Positions 38,705-46,927 of a stretch of DNA of 64,000 nucleotides are shown here, piece by piece. The stretch is from NCBI GenBank assembly GCA_963737065.1, contig CAVTRC010000002.1, forward strand, positions 192,001 through 256,000. The letters are read 5' to 3'. The stretch is from Candidatus Eremiobacteria bacterium. Lineage in GTDB: Bacteria; Vulcanimicrobiota; Vulcanimicrobiia; Vulcanimicrobiales; Vulcanimicrobiaceae. The position numbers were made by a program, and so were the translations under genes. Each line of letters begins with the position of its first letter. The stretch's first letter is position 1. The notes under the pieces were generated by a model. It had not been told where the DNA came from and ran no database searches. It saw only the letters and a program-made list of their open reading frames with translations.

Positions 38705-38732
38705 TCAGGCTTGCGGGGGCCGCACCCGACAA
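38705..38732 (+). promoter_or_regulatory. possible sigma28-type promoter upstream of flhB
   Basis: TCAG-N16-CCCGACAA. Confidence 0.4.
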
Positions 38733-38762
38733 CTGTAGGGAGCATGCTCGTCACCGTCGCCG

Positions 38763-39830
38763 ATGGCTAAGCCGGAGCAAACCGAAAAGGCCACTCCAAA
38801 GCGACGCGAGGAAGCACGCGGCAAAGGCCAAGTCCCACGCAGTACGGAGTTGGCCGCCGGCGTGATCTTCCTCGCGGTCGTTCTCGTTCTGCATGCGTTC
38901 TTCGCGCCGATCATGGATTCGCTTGAGGGCTCCACGCGCGGATATTTTTCGCGCATCGGTGATATGCATTCAGACCTCACGATCCATTCCGTGGGCGGCT
39001 TCTTCATTCAAGCCGCATCCGGCGTGATGCTGGTCGTCCTCGTTGTGTTCGCGCTCGCGTTTTTCTTCGGCATCGTCGTCAATATCGCGCAATTCGGTTT
39101 TCTTTTCACATTGAACTCGATCAAGCCGTCGCTAGGAAAACTGAATCCGGTCAACGGCTTCAAGAACATGTTCAGCAAACGCATCGCCGTCAATCTGGGC
39201 AAGCAGCTGCTGAAGCTCGCCGCCGTCGCGATCATTCTGTACGTCGAGATCGCGAAGAACATCTCGTTTTTCGCGCAGGCCGGTCAAATGTCGCCCGCCG
39301 GCACGATCGAAAGCATGATGAATCTCATTTACGGCATCGCGTGGAAGTTCGGTTTACTTCTCGTCGTGGTCGGGCTGCTCGACTATGCCTACGAACGGTG
39401 GCAACTCGAAGAGAACTTGAAGATGACCAAACAAGAAGTCAAGGACGAGTGGCGGCAATCGGAAGGCAATCCCGAAGCGAAGGGTGCGATGAAGAAGCGG
39501 CAACGCGAGTCATCCCGCAGGCGGATGATGCAAGCCGTACCGCGCGCGACCGTCATCGTTACGAACCCCACGCACTTTGCCGTGGCATTGCAGTGGGACG
39601 AAGCGCAGATGGAAGCCCCGGTCGTCATCGCAAAAGGCGCCGACTTACTCGCAAAGCGCATCCGCGACATCGCGCGCGAACACAATATTCCGATCATGGA
39701 GAATCCGCCGCTTGCGCGGACGCTCTACGACAAAGTCGAACTCGATCGAGCGATCCCGCCAAATCTCTATGCAGCGGTCGCGCAGGTCATTGCGTTCGTC
39801 TACAAACTTAAGAGGAAGACGATAGCTTAA
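38763..39830 (+). CDS. flhB: flagellar export protein
   Basis: TEKATPKR, MTKQEVKDE..EGNPE, autocleavage site NPTH. Confidence 0.97.
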   Translation: MAKPEQTEKATPKRREEARGKGQVPRSTELAAGVIFLAVVLVLHAFFAPIMDSLEGSTRGYFSRIGDMHSDLTIHSVGGFFIQAASGVMLVVLVVFALAFFFGIVVNIAQFGFLFTLNSIKPSLGKLNPVNGFKNMFSKRIAVNLGKQLLKLAAVAIILYVEIAKNISFFAQAGQMSPAGTIESMMNLIYGIAWKFGLLLVVVGLLDYAYERWQLEENLKMTKQEVKDEWRQSEGNPEAKGAMKKRQRESSRRRMMQAVPRATVIVTNPTHFAVALQWDEAQMEAPVVIAKGADLLAKRIRDIAREHNIPIMENPPLARTLYDKVELDRAIPPNLYAAVAQVIAFVYKLKRKTIA

Positions 39831-41977
39831 TGGCAGTTCAAGGCGCTCCCGCCGGGCAGATGCAAGGCGGCGGATCGCTCGCACAGCGGCTCGGCACCGC
39901 GGCCCCGATCTTGATCGCGGGCGCGTCGGTCATGCTCGTCCTCCTCATGATCGTGCCGATCCCGGCGTTCGTGCTCGACGTGTTGTTGACGGTGAACATT
40001 TGCCTCGCGCTCGTCATCATCGGGACCGCGCTTTATACGGAGAACGCGCTCGCATTCTCGGCGTTTCCGACGCTGCTGTTGATCATCACGCTCTTCCGCC
40101 TTTCGCTCAACATCACGGCGACACGATCGATTCTCTTACACGGCTATGCCGGCGCCGTCATCGACTTTTTCGGACAGATCGTGATCGGCGGCAACTACGC
40201 CGTGGGTTTCGTGATCTTCCTCATTCTTATCATCATTCAGTTCGTCGTTATCACGAACGGTGCGGGCCGTGTCGCCGAAGTCGCGGCACGTTTCACGTTG
40301 GACGCGATGCCCGGCAAGCAACTTGCGATCGACGCGGACTTGAACGCCGGATTGATCACGGAAGCGGAAGCGCGTCAGCGCCGCAAAGACATTCAGCGCG
40401 CCGCCGACTTCTATGGCGCGATGGACGGCGCGAGCAAATTCGTGCGCGGCGATGCGATTGCGGCGGTCATCATCGTCGCGATCAACACGATCGGCGGGTT
40501 CATCGTCGGTATCGCGCAGCAGCATCTGGACGTGATGACGTCGCTGCAAAAGTTTACGTTATTGACCGTCGGTGAAGGCATCGTCACGCAAGTCCCCGCG
40601 CTCTTGATCTCCACGGCGACCGGTATCATCGTGACTCGCGCCGCGGCCGAATCAGACTTCGGCAGCGACATTACGAAGCAACTTTCATCGCAACCGACGG
40701 CGCTGCTCATTGCGGCGATTATGACGGCCCTCTTCGGGCTTGCCGGGCTCGATCGCTGGCTGCTGCTCACGGCATCGGCGACGCTCTTCGCATTGTACTT
40801 CGCCCGCCGGCGCACGGCGCAGAGAGCGATCGCAAATCTGCCGCCCGGAGCGGTGCCCGGCGCGATCGCCGGTGCGACGAGTGCTTCTGCTGTACCGAAG
40901 CCGGCGGAGAGCGTCGTTCCGCTCCTCTCGTACGATCCGATGGAGCTCGAGATCGGCTTCGGCTTGATTCCGCTCGTCGACGTCAATCAAGGCGGCGATC
41001 TGCTCGAACGGATCACCTTGATCCGCCGTCACGCCGCGCGCGATCTCGGCATCGTCGTGCCGCCGATTCGCGTGCGCGACAATTTGCAGTTGCGCCCGAA
41101 CACGTACACCGTCAAGATCTACGGACTCGAAGTTGCCCACGCCGAGGTAATGGTGAGCCGTTTGCTTGCGATGAACCCCGGGACCGCAACGGCGCCTATC
41201 GACGGCATTCCAACGACGGAACCCGCGTTCGGACTACCTGCACTGTGGATCGCCGAAAACGCGCGCGCGGAAGCGGAGATGGCCGGATACACCGTCATTG
41301 ACCCGACGAGCGTCATAGCGACGCATCTTACGGAACTGATCAAGGGACATGCGCCTGAGTTGCTCGGACGTCAAGAGACGTCTGCGCTGCTCGACAACAT
41401 CAAATCGCATTACCCCGTCGTCGTTGACGAACTCGTTCCGACGCTCCTGACGGTTGGCGAAGTGCAACGCGTCTTGCAGAATCTGCTGCGCGAGCGAATT
41501 CCCGTACGCAATCTCGTATTGATTCTCGAGACGCTTGCGGACGCGGGGCGCGTAAGCAAAGACATCGATTTCCTTACCGAGAAAGTACGAGCGGCGCTCG
41601 CTCGCCACATCTCCGCAGAGTACGCTGAGAACGGCTTACTGTCGGTCATTACGGTCGATCCGCGGCTGGAGTCGTTGCTCTCGGAAGCGGTGCGCCGCGG
41701 CGAGGACGCCTATGCGTTACTCGACCCGAACACCGTCTCGCGCATCTATGCGTCGCTGACGCGCCAAATCGGCACCGCGCAGAACGCAGGTCTTGCGCCG
41801 ATCGTTCTCTGTTCTCCGGCGGTACGGCTCGCGCTCAAGCGGCTTACAGAACGCGCGGCGCCGCAGTTGGTCGTTCTTTCGTATTCTGAGATCGCGCCGG
41901 GTCTGCGTGTCGAGTCGATCGGACAGATTTCCACCACCGAAGACGCAGCGGATCCGGTAGCATCAGCAACACGTTGA
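39830..41977 (+). CDS. flhA: flagellar export protein
   Basis: RVAEVAARFTLDAMPGKQ, FYGAMDGASKFVRGDA, LSYSEI. Confidence 0.97.
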   Translation: MAVQGAPAGQMQGGGSLAQRLGTAAPILIAGASVMLVLLMIVPIPAFVLDVLLTVNICLALVIIGTALYTENALAFSAFPTLLLIITLFRLSLNITATRSILLHGYAGAVIDFFGQIVIGGNYAVGFVIFLILIIIQFVVITNGAGRVAEVAARFTLDAMPGKQLAIDADLNAGLITEAEARQRRKDIQRAADFYGAMDGASKFVRGDAIAAVIIVAINTIGGFIVGIAQQHLDVMTSLQKFTLLTVGEGIVTQVPALLISTATGIIVTRAAAESDFGSDITKQLSSQPTALLIAAIMTALFGLAGLDRWLLLTASATLFALYFARRRTAQRAIANLPPGAVPGAIAGATSASAVPKPAESVVPLLSYDPMELEIGFGLIPLVDVNQGGDLLERITLIRRHAARDLGIVVPPIRVRDNLQLRPNTYTVKIYGLEVAHAEVMVSRLLAMNPGTATAPIDGIPTTEPAFGLPALWIAENARAEAEMAGYTVIDPTSVIATHLTELIKGHAPELLGRQETSALLDNIKSHYPVVVDELVPTLLTVGEVQRVLQNLLRERIPVRNLVLILETLADAGRVSKDIDFLTEKVRAALARHISAEYAENGLLSVITVDPRLESLLSEAVRRGEDAYALLDPNTVSRIYASLTRQIGTAQNAGLAPIVLCSPAVRLALKRLTERAAPQLVVLSYSEIAPGLRVESIGQISTTEDAADPVASATR

Positions 41978-41978
41978 C

Positions 41979-42644
41979 ATGCTGAAATCATTCTTTACGA
42001 AATCGAGTGGTATCCCGCTCTCGCAGCTTCCGCTGCTTCATTCGTTTGTCGATGTCATCGCGGGCGGTCGTCCCGTCCGTCAAGTAACGGTCGAAGCCGT
42101 GGGCCCAAAAGGCATCGTCACCCGCGAAACGCTCGGCACAGCCGGCGAGTCGGCCGTCATCGTATATCAGGCGCAGGACGGACGCTTCCGCGCGCAGACG
42201 AAGATCACGTCTACGGGAAACGCGACGACCACGTTCGAGACACCGCGTAAAGTGAGCCTCATCGGCGCCGCAAGCGGCGTGCAAAAACGCCGGAGCGTTC
42301 GCCTCGACGCGACCGTCGCCGGGCACTGGCGCTTCGCGCCCATGGGCGTCGGCAGCGGAGAGTGGTCGAAATGCAGCCTCCGCGACATCAGTCGCGGCGG
42401 CTGTTCGCTTATCATCGATCGCGCGTTGAAAAATTACACTCGCGTCGAGGTGAAGATGCAGCTGCGCACGGATGGTGAAGCATTGGCGCTCCTCGGCGAA
42501 GTGATGCGCCACGCGGTGATTGCGTCGTCCGGCAAACACTGCCACGGCCTGCGTTTCCAAGCGATCCGCCCGGACGAAGATCAGGCGATCGTCGAGTTTA
42601 TCAATCGCCGCCAGGCAGACTTACGCAACCGCGGTCTGGCTTAA
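41979..42644 (+). CDS. PilZ-domain c-di-GMP receptor (flagellar brake-like)
   Basis: RxxxR (KRRSVR) and DxSxxG (DISRGG) motifs, GLRF. Confidence 0.85.
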   Translation: MLKSFFTKSSGIPLSQLPLLHSFVDVIAGGRPVRQVTVEAVGPKGIVTRETLGTAGESAVIVYQAQDGRFRAQTKITSTGNATTTFETPRKVSLIGAASGVQKRRSVRLDATVAGHWRFAPMGVGSGEWSKCSLRDISRGGCSLIIDRALKNYTRVEVKMQLRTDGEALALLGEVMRHAVIASSGKHCHGLRFQAIRPDEDQAIVEFINRRQADLRNRGLA

Positions 42645-42655
42645 CCGTCGTTCCA

Positions 42656-42683
42656 TAAAGAAGCGCTTTCCTTTGGCCGATGG
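42656..42683 (+). promoter_or_regulatory. sigma28-type promoter upstream of cheY
   Basis: TAAA-N16-GCCGATGG. Confidence 0.6.
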
Positions 42684-42750
42684 TCTTCAAAGGATGGCGT
42701 GAGGCGCGTTTGTGCCTTTCCGCATTTGCACTTCGTCTTGGGAGCTACGG

Positions 42751-43113
42751 ATGAGCAAGAGAGTCCTCATCGTCGACGATGCCGTCGTCATGCGGATGAT
42801 GATCAAAGGGATCCTGTCTAAGAACGGCTTTGATGTCGTCGGAGAGGCTCAAAACGGTGTTGAGGCGGTTGAGAAGTACAAGCATCTCCAGCCGGACCTC
42901 GTGACGATGGACATGGTCATGCCCGAAATGGACGGCATCGCGGCCGTCAAGCAAATCGTTGCATCGGATCCCAGCGCGAAGATTATCATGTGCACCTCGA
43001 TGGGCCAGCAGGCATTGGTCGTCGAGGCGATTCAAGCCGGCGCGAAATCGTTCATCACAAAACCGTTTCAGCCGCCAAAAATTCTCGAAACGATTCAGAA
43101 AGTGCTGTCATGA
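42751..43113 (+). CDS. cheY: chemotaxis response regulator
   Basis: Stand-alone receiver VLIVDDA, DLVTMDMVMPEMDG, KPF; ATG 42751 after GGAG. Confidence 0.93.
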   Translation: MSKRVLIVDDAVVMRMMIKGILSKNGFDVVGEAQNGVEAVEKYKHLQPDLVTMDMVMPEMDGIAAVKQIVASDPSAKIIMCTSMGQQALVVEAIQAGAKSFITKPFQPPKILETIQKVLS

Positions 43114-43718
43114 GCGCGAGCATGCAACTCAACGATCTGCAAAAGGACGCGCTCAAGGAAGTGGGCAACATCGGCGCGGGCCATGCAGCTACGGCGCTGT
43201 CGCAACTGCTCAATACGAAGATCAACTTGAGCGAACCGCGCATCGATGTGATCAAGTTCCGCGATCTCGCATCGCGCGTCGGTCATGAAAACCGCACGGT
43301 CGCGGCGCTCCACATGTACGTCCGCGGCGAAGCACCGGGTCAGATGGTGGTGCTGTTCGACCGCGAACAGGCGCTCGATTTCGTCAGCCAGTTCTTGCAT
43401 CGCGTGATCGGCGACATACAGATCTTCGATTCGATCGCCGATTCGACGTTGAAAGAACTCGGCAACATCATCGCCGGGTCGTATCTGACGGCGATCATTC
43501 AGTTGACCGGATCGAATCTGTTGCCGTCGGTTCCGACGCTTTCATACGGGACGGTGCAGGCCGCGTTTCGCACCCTGATGTCGATTCTTCCCGATCAAGA
43601 CGTATTCTTGATCGAGTCGGCTTTCTTGGATAAAGAAAAGGAAGTCGCCGGACAGTTCATTCTGATCCCGGAGACTGGATCGCTCGGGCCGCTGCTCTCC
43701 GTCTTCGGCGTCGAGTAA
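43110..43718 (+). CDS. cheC: CheY-P phosphatase
   Basis: DALKEVGNIGAGHAATALS and STLKELGNIIAGSYL (two ExxN sites). Confidence 0.92.
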   Translation: MSASMQLNDLQKDALKEVGNIGAGHAATALSQLLNTKINLSEPRIDVIKFRDLASRVGHENRTVAALHMYVRGEAPGQMVVLFDREQALDFVSQFLHRVIGDIQIFDSIADSTLKELGNIIAGSYLTAIIQLTGSNLLPSVPTLSYGTVQAAFRTLMSILPDQDVFLIESAFLDKEKEVAGQFILIPETGSLGPLLSVFGVE

Positions 43719-43766
43719 CGCTCGCGCCGCGTTTATGGCCGGTCGAGACGCGTTGGTTCGGGGGCC

Positions 43767-43797
43767 GCGCAAAAACCACATCGTGTGGTTTTTGCGC
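43767..43797. repeat. perfect 13-bp hairpin in the cheC-cheA spacer
   Basis: GCGCAAAAACCAC-atcgt-GTGGTTTTTGCGC. Confidence 0.8.
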
Positions 43798-43939
43798 TTA
43801 CGTGATTTTTGCGCAGAACGACCGCCGATGCGTCAAAGCACGACGCGGTCCCGATGGGACAAGGCTAACGACGACATGTTCATTAGGCGCGCCCTAGGGG
43901 AATCAATGCCGGCGATGGTGCTTTTGCGCGCCATGGTTT

Positions 43940-43985
43940 GGGGGCCCCACGAAGTGGGGGGCGCGCAGCCTGGGGCGGAGCGCCT
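43940..43985. repeat. GGGGCCCC palindromic element, partial copy 3
   Basis: GGGGGCCCCACgaaGTGGGGGGCGCGCAG...GCGGAGCGCC, matching the blocks at 19801-19880. Confidence 0.7.
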
Positions 43986-43990
43986 TTGAA

Positions 43991-45943
43991 ATGTCGGACG
44001 AGCTGTTTAATCGCGAGGAGTTCATCTCGTACTTCCGGGATGAGGCGGACGAGTTACTGCAGCAGATCGATGCGGATTTGTTGCGGCTTGAAGAGGGCGT
44101 GAATTCGGGTTCGACCGATCCCGAGATCATCAATTCGCTGTTTCGTGCACTGCATACCGTGAAGGGGTCTTCCGGTATGCTCGGCTTTGTTGACGTTCAG
44201 GGGCTCGCGCACAAGCTGGAAAATTTGTGCGATCTGCTTCGGAGAGACCGGATGCCGCTCTCCGAGAGTGCGGTCGACATTCTTTTTACGGGTCGTGATT
44301 TACTCACGGGGCTCGTGCAGGCGGCGATTGGACAAGAACAAGCGCCGGAGGGCGTTGTCGAGTACATCGACAAGCTCGATACCTTTACGTCGATTTACGA
44401 AGAGACGTCGCACGTCATCGATGGGCGAACCGGTCCGGAAGAGTCCTTTGACGAGGCGGCAGCGCACGAGGAACAGGCAACTGCGACGGACGTGGCGGCC
44501 TTCGAGGCGGAAGTAGAGCGCCTGTTGGCGCAAGCGCATTTGGCGAATGGCGCTGCACCGAGCGCGTCCGCAGAACCGCTTGCGGTTCCGGCTTTCGAAC
44601 GGCCGAATGCGGCTGCGGCTCCGGCTCAAATGCCTGCCGTGCCGGCGCCTGCGCAAAAAGCGGCTGCGAACGGCGATCACAAGCGCTCGTCGATTCATCA
44701 GACGATTCGTGTCGATATCGAACGTCTCGATGCGCTCTTGAATCTCGTTGGCGAGCTCGTAATCAATCGCACGCGTATTTCGGATATCGCCAATACGCTC
44801 GAGCGATTGATGAACGATAGATCTAGCGCTGCAGGAGGCGGCGCTCAAGCTATTATCGCGCCCCTTGCGAAGGAACTCGCTGATTCAGCGGCGTTGCTCG
44901 CGCGCACGACGAACGAAATTCAAGAGTCGATCATGAAGGTGCGCATGGTGCCGATCGGTCAAGTCTTCGACCGGTTTCCGCGCCTCGTGCGCGACGTGGC
45001 GAAGGCGCGCGGCAAGGAAGTGCAACTCGTGATCTCCGGCGCGGAAACGGATCTCGACAAGACGATCGTCGATGAAGTCGGCGAGCCGCTCATGCATCTG
45101 CTGCGCAACAACGTCGATCACGGCATCGAAGCACCCGACGAACGGGAACGTCTGGGCAAACCACGAGCCGGCACGATATCGCTCAATGCCTATCACGAAG
45201 GCAATCAGATCATCATCGAAGTGGCCGACGACGGCGGCGGAATCAACCTTGAAAAAGTGCGCGCGCGCGGCGTGAAACAAGGACTCATTTCCGGCGACGA
45301 CCGGTTGACCGATCGGGAAATCGTCGACCTGATCTTCACGCCGGGCTTTTCCACCGCCGACGTGGTGTCCGACGTCAGCGGACGCGGCGTGGGAATGGAT
45401 GTAGTCAAGCGGAACATCTCGCGCCTAAAAGGCGTCTTCGACGTCGAAACGGCCGCAGGTCAAGGGACACGCTTCACGATCAAGCTTCCGCTGACGCTTG
45501 CAATCATACAGGCGCTGCTTGTGCGCGTCGCCGACGAGCTCTACGCGATTCCGCTCGATTCCGTGATCGAATCGCAGCGCGTGGAAATGGCCGACGTGCG
45601 TACGGTACATCGCAACGAAGTCATCACGCTGCGCGGACAAGTCGTGCCGCTCGTGCGAATTGCGGAACTGTTCGAACTGGGCGGGCGGCGCGATCCGGAC
45701 AAGGTGATGATCGTGATCGTTGGCTTGCAAGGACGCCAAGTCGGGCTCGTCGTCGACTCGTTTGAAGGCGAACAAGAGATCGTCATCAAGCCGCTCTCGG
45801 ACGTCGTCGGTCGCATTCCCGGCATCTCGGGTGCGACGATCCTCGGCAACGGTTCGATTTCGCTCATCATCGACGTTCATTCGCTCGTTAGTGAAGCTCA
45901 CGTCGGCGGCAAGGTCGCGCGCGTGGAGTTTTCGGGAGTTTAG
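43991..45943 (+). CDS. cheA: chemotaxis histidine kinase
   Basis: Hpt FRALHTVKG, IRVDIERLD.LLNLVGEL, DHGIE, GRGVGMDVV, CheW domain. Confidence 0.97.
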   Translation: MSDELFNREEFISYFRDEADELLQQIDADLLRLEEGVNSGSTDPEIINSLFRALHTVKGSSGMLGFVDVQGLAHKLENLCDLLRRDRMPLSESAVDILFTGRDLLTGLVQAAIGQEQAPEGVVEYIDKLDTFTSIYEETSHVIDGRTGPEESFDEAAAHEEQATATDVAAFEAEVERLLAQAHLANGAAPSASAEPLAVPAFERPNAAAAPAQMPAVPAPAQKAAANGDHKRSSIHQTIRVDIERLDALLNLVGELVINRTRISDIANTLERLMNDRSSAAGGGAQAIIAPLAKELADSAALLARTTNEIQESIMKVRMVPIGQVFDRFPRLVRDVAKARGKEVQLVISGAETDLDKTIVDEVGEPLMHLLRNNVDHGIEAPDERERLGKPRAGTISLNAYHEGNQIIIEVADDGGGINLEKVRARGVKQGLISGDDRLTDREIVDLIFTPGFSTADVVSDVSGRGVGMDVVKRNISRLKGVFDVETAAGQGTRFTIKLPLTLAIIQALLVRVADELYAIPLDSVIESQRVEMADVRTVHRNEVITLRGQVVPLVRIAELFELGGRRDPDKVMIVIVGLQGRQVGLVVDSFEGEQEIVIKPLSDVVGRIPGISGATILGNGSISLIIDVHSLVSEAHVGGKVARVEFSGV

Positions 45944-45949
45944 TCAGCC

Positions 45950-46462
45950 ATGGCAGACGTCAAACAGGAGAACAAACAGCAGCTCTCCGGCGAAGTGCTC
46001 CAAGTCGTCTCGTTCAAGGTCGCGACCGAAGAGTACGGCGTTGACATTTCGCAAGTTCAAGAAATCATTCGTATGGTGGAGATCACGCACGTCCCGCGCG
46101 CGCCGCATTTCATGGAAGGCGTGATCAACCTGCGCGGCCAGTTGATTCCCATTATCGACCTGCGCACGCGCTTCGGCATGGCACGCATCGACGCAACGAA
46201 GAGCACGCGCATCGTCGTTACCGAGATCGGTAGCAAGCGGATCGGCATGGTCGTCGACAGCGTAAGCGAAGTCCTCAACCTCCCGATGGAAAACGTCGAG
46301 GACGCGCCGGAGATGATTGCCGGAGTCGGCACCGAGTACATCCAAGGGGTCGGGAAGATGGGCGAGCGGCTCATCATCATGCTCGACTTGACGATGGTCA
46401 TTTCGGGCGACGAGAAGCGCCAGCTCGAGCATGCCGGCGACCAAGCCGCAGTCGCCGTTTAA
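45950..46462 (+). CDS. cheW: chemotaxis coupling protein
   Basis: EEYGVDI..VQEII, GVINLRG.LIPIIDL, GMVVDSV. Confidence 0.96.
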   Translation: MADVKQENKQQLSGEVLQVVSFKVATEEYGVDISQVQEIIRMVEITHVPRAPHFMEGVINLRGQLIPIIDLRTRFGMARIDATKSTRIVVTEIGSKRIGMVVDSVSEVLNLPMENVEDAPEMIAGVGTEYIQGVGKMGERLIIMLDLTMVISGDEKRQLEHAGDQAAVAV

Positions 46463-46463
46463 C

Positions 46464-46526
46464 CTCTTAAATTATTAGTTGACAACTATCGGACCTAATG
46501 CTATCGTACTCTTAAAGAATTAGGAG
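46464..46526 (+). promoter_or_regulatory. sigma70 promoter flanked by two candidate BlaI-family operators
   Basis: TTGACA (46479-84)-N17-TG.TATCGT (46502-07); repeats CTCTTAAATTATTAG (46464-78) and CTCTTAAAGAATTAG (46509-23). Confidence 0.7.
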
Positions 46527-46540
46527 CGAGGTAGCATAGA

Positions 46541-46924
46541 TTGGCCCGAAAGAAGAGTCCGACCCTCACCGAAGGCGAGCTGCGCATCATGGAAGTGCTG
46601 TGGCGCCTTGGACGGGGGACCGTCGCTGAAGTCTCAGAAGCAATGCCGCCGCCGCCGGTGGCCTACAATACCGTTCTCACGACGCTACGGATCCTCGAAC
46701 AGAAGGGCCACGTCGCCCATGAGGAAGCGGGTCGTGCCTACATGTACTACCCGCTGATTGCGCGCGAAGCCGCCGCGCAGTCGGCCGTCAAACAAGTTGT
46801 TTCAAAATTTTTTGGAAACAATGCGGGCGCGTTAGCGCTACGTTTAATTGAGAACGAACGGCCGTCGGACGACGAACTCGACCGTTTGCGCTCGTTGATC
46901 GAACGGTACGACGAAGGGAAGTAA
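46541..46924 (+). CDS. BlaI/MecI/CopY family transcriptional repressor
   Basis: LTEGELRIMEVLW..GTVAEV..AYNTVLTTLRILEQKG..GRAYMY. Confidence 0.93.
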   Translation: MARKKSPTLTEGELRIMEVLWRLGRGTVAEVSEAMPPPPVAYNTVLTTLRILEQKGHVAHEEAGRAYMYYPLIAREAAAQSAVKQVVSKFFGNNAGALALRLIENERPSDDELDRLRSLIERYDEGK

Positions 46925-46927
46925 CGC

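Noticed and set aside
43735..43989. 84-aa ORF between cheC and cheA (e.g. cheD)
   Set aside because: No CheD motifs; the translation is made up of hairpin and repeat sequence.
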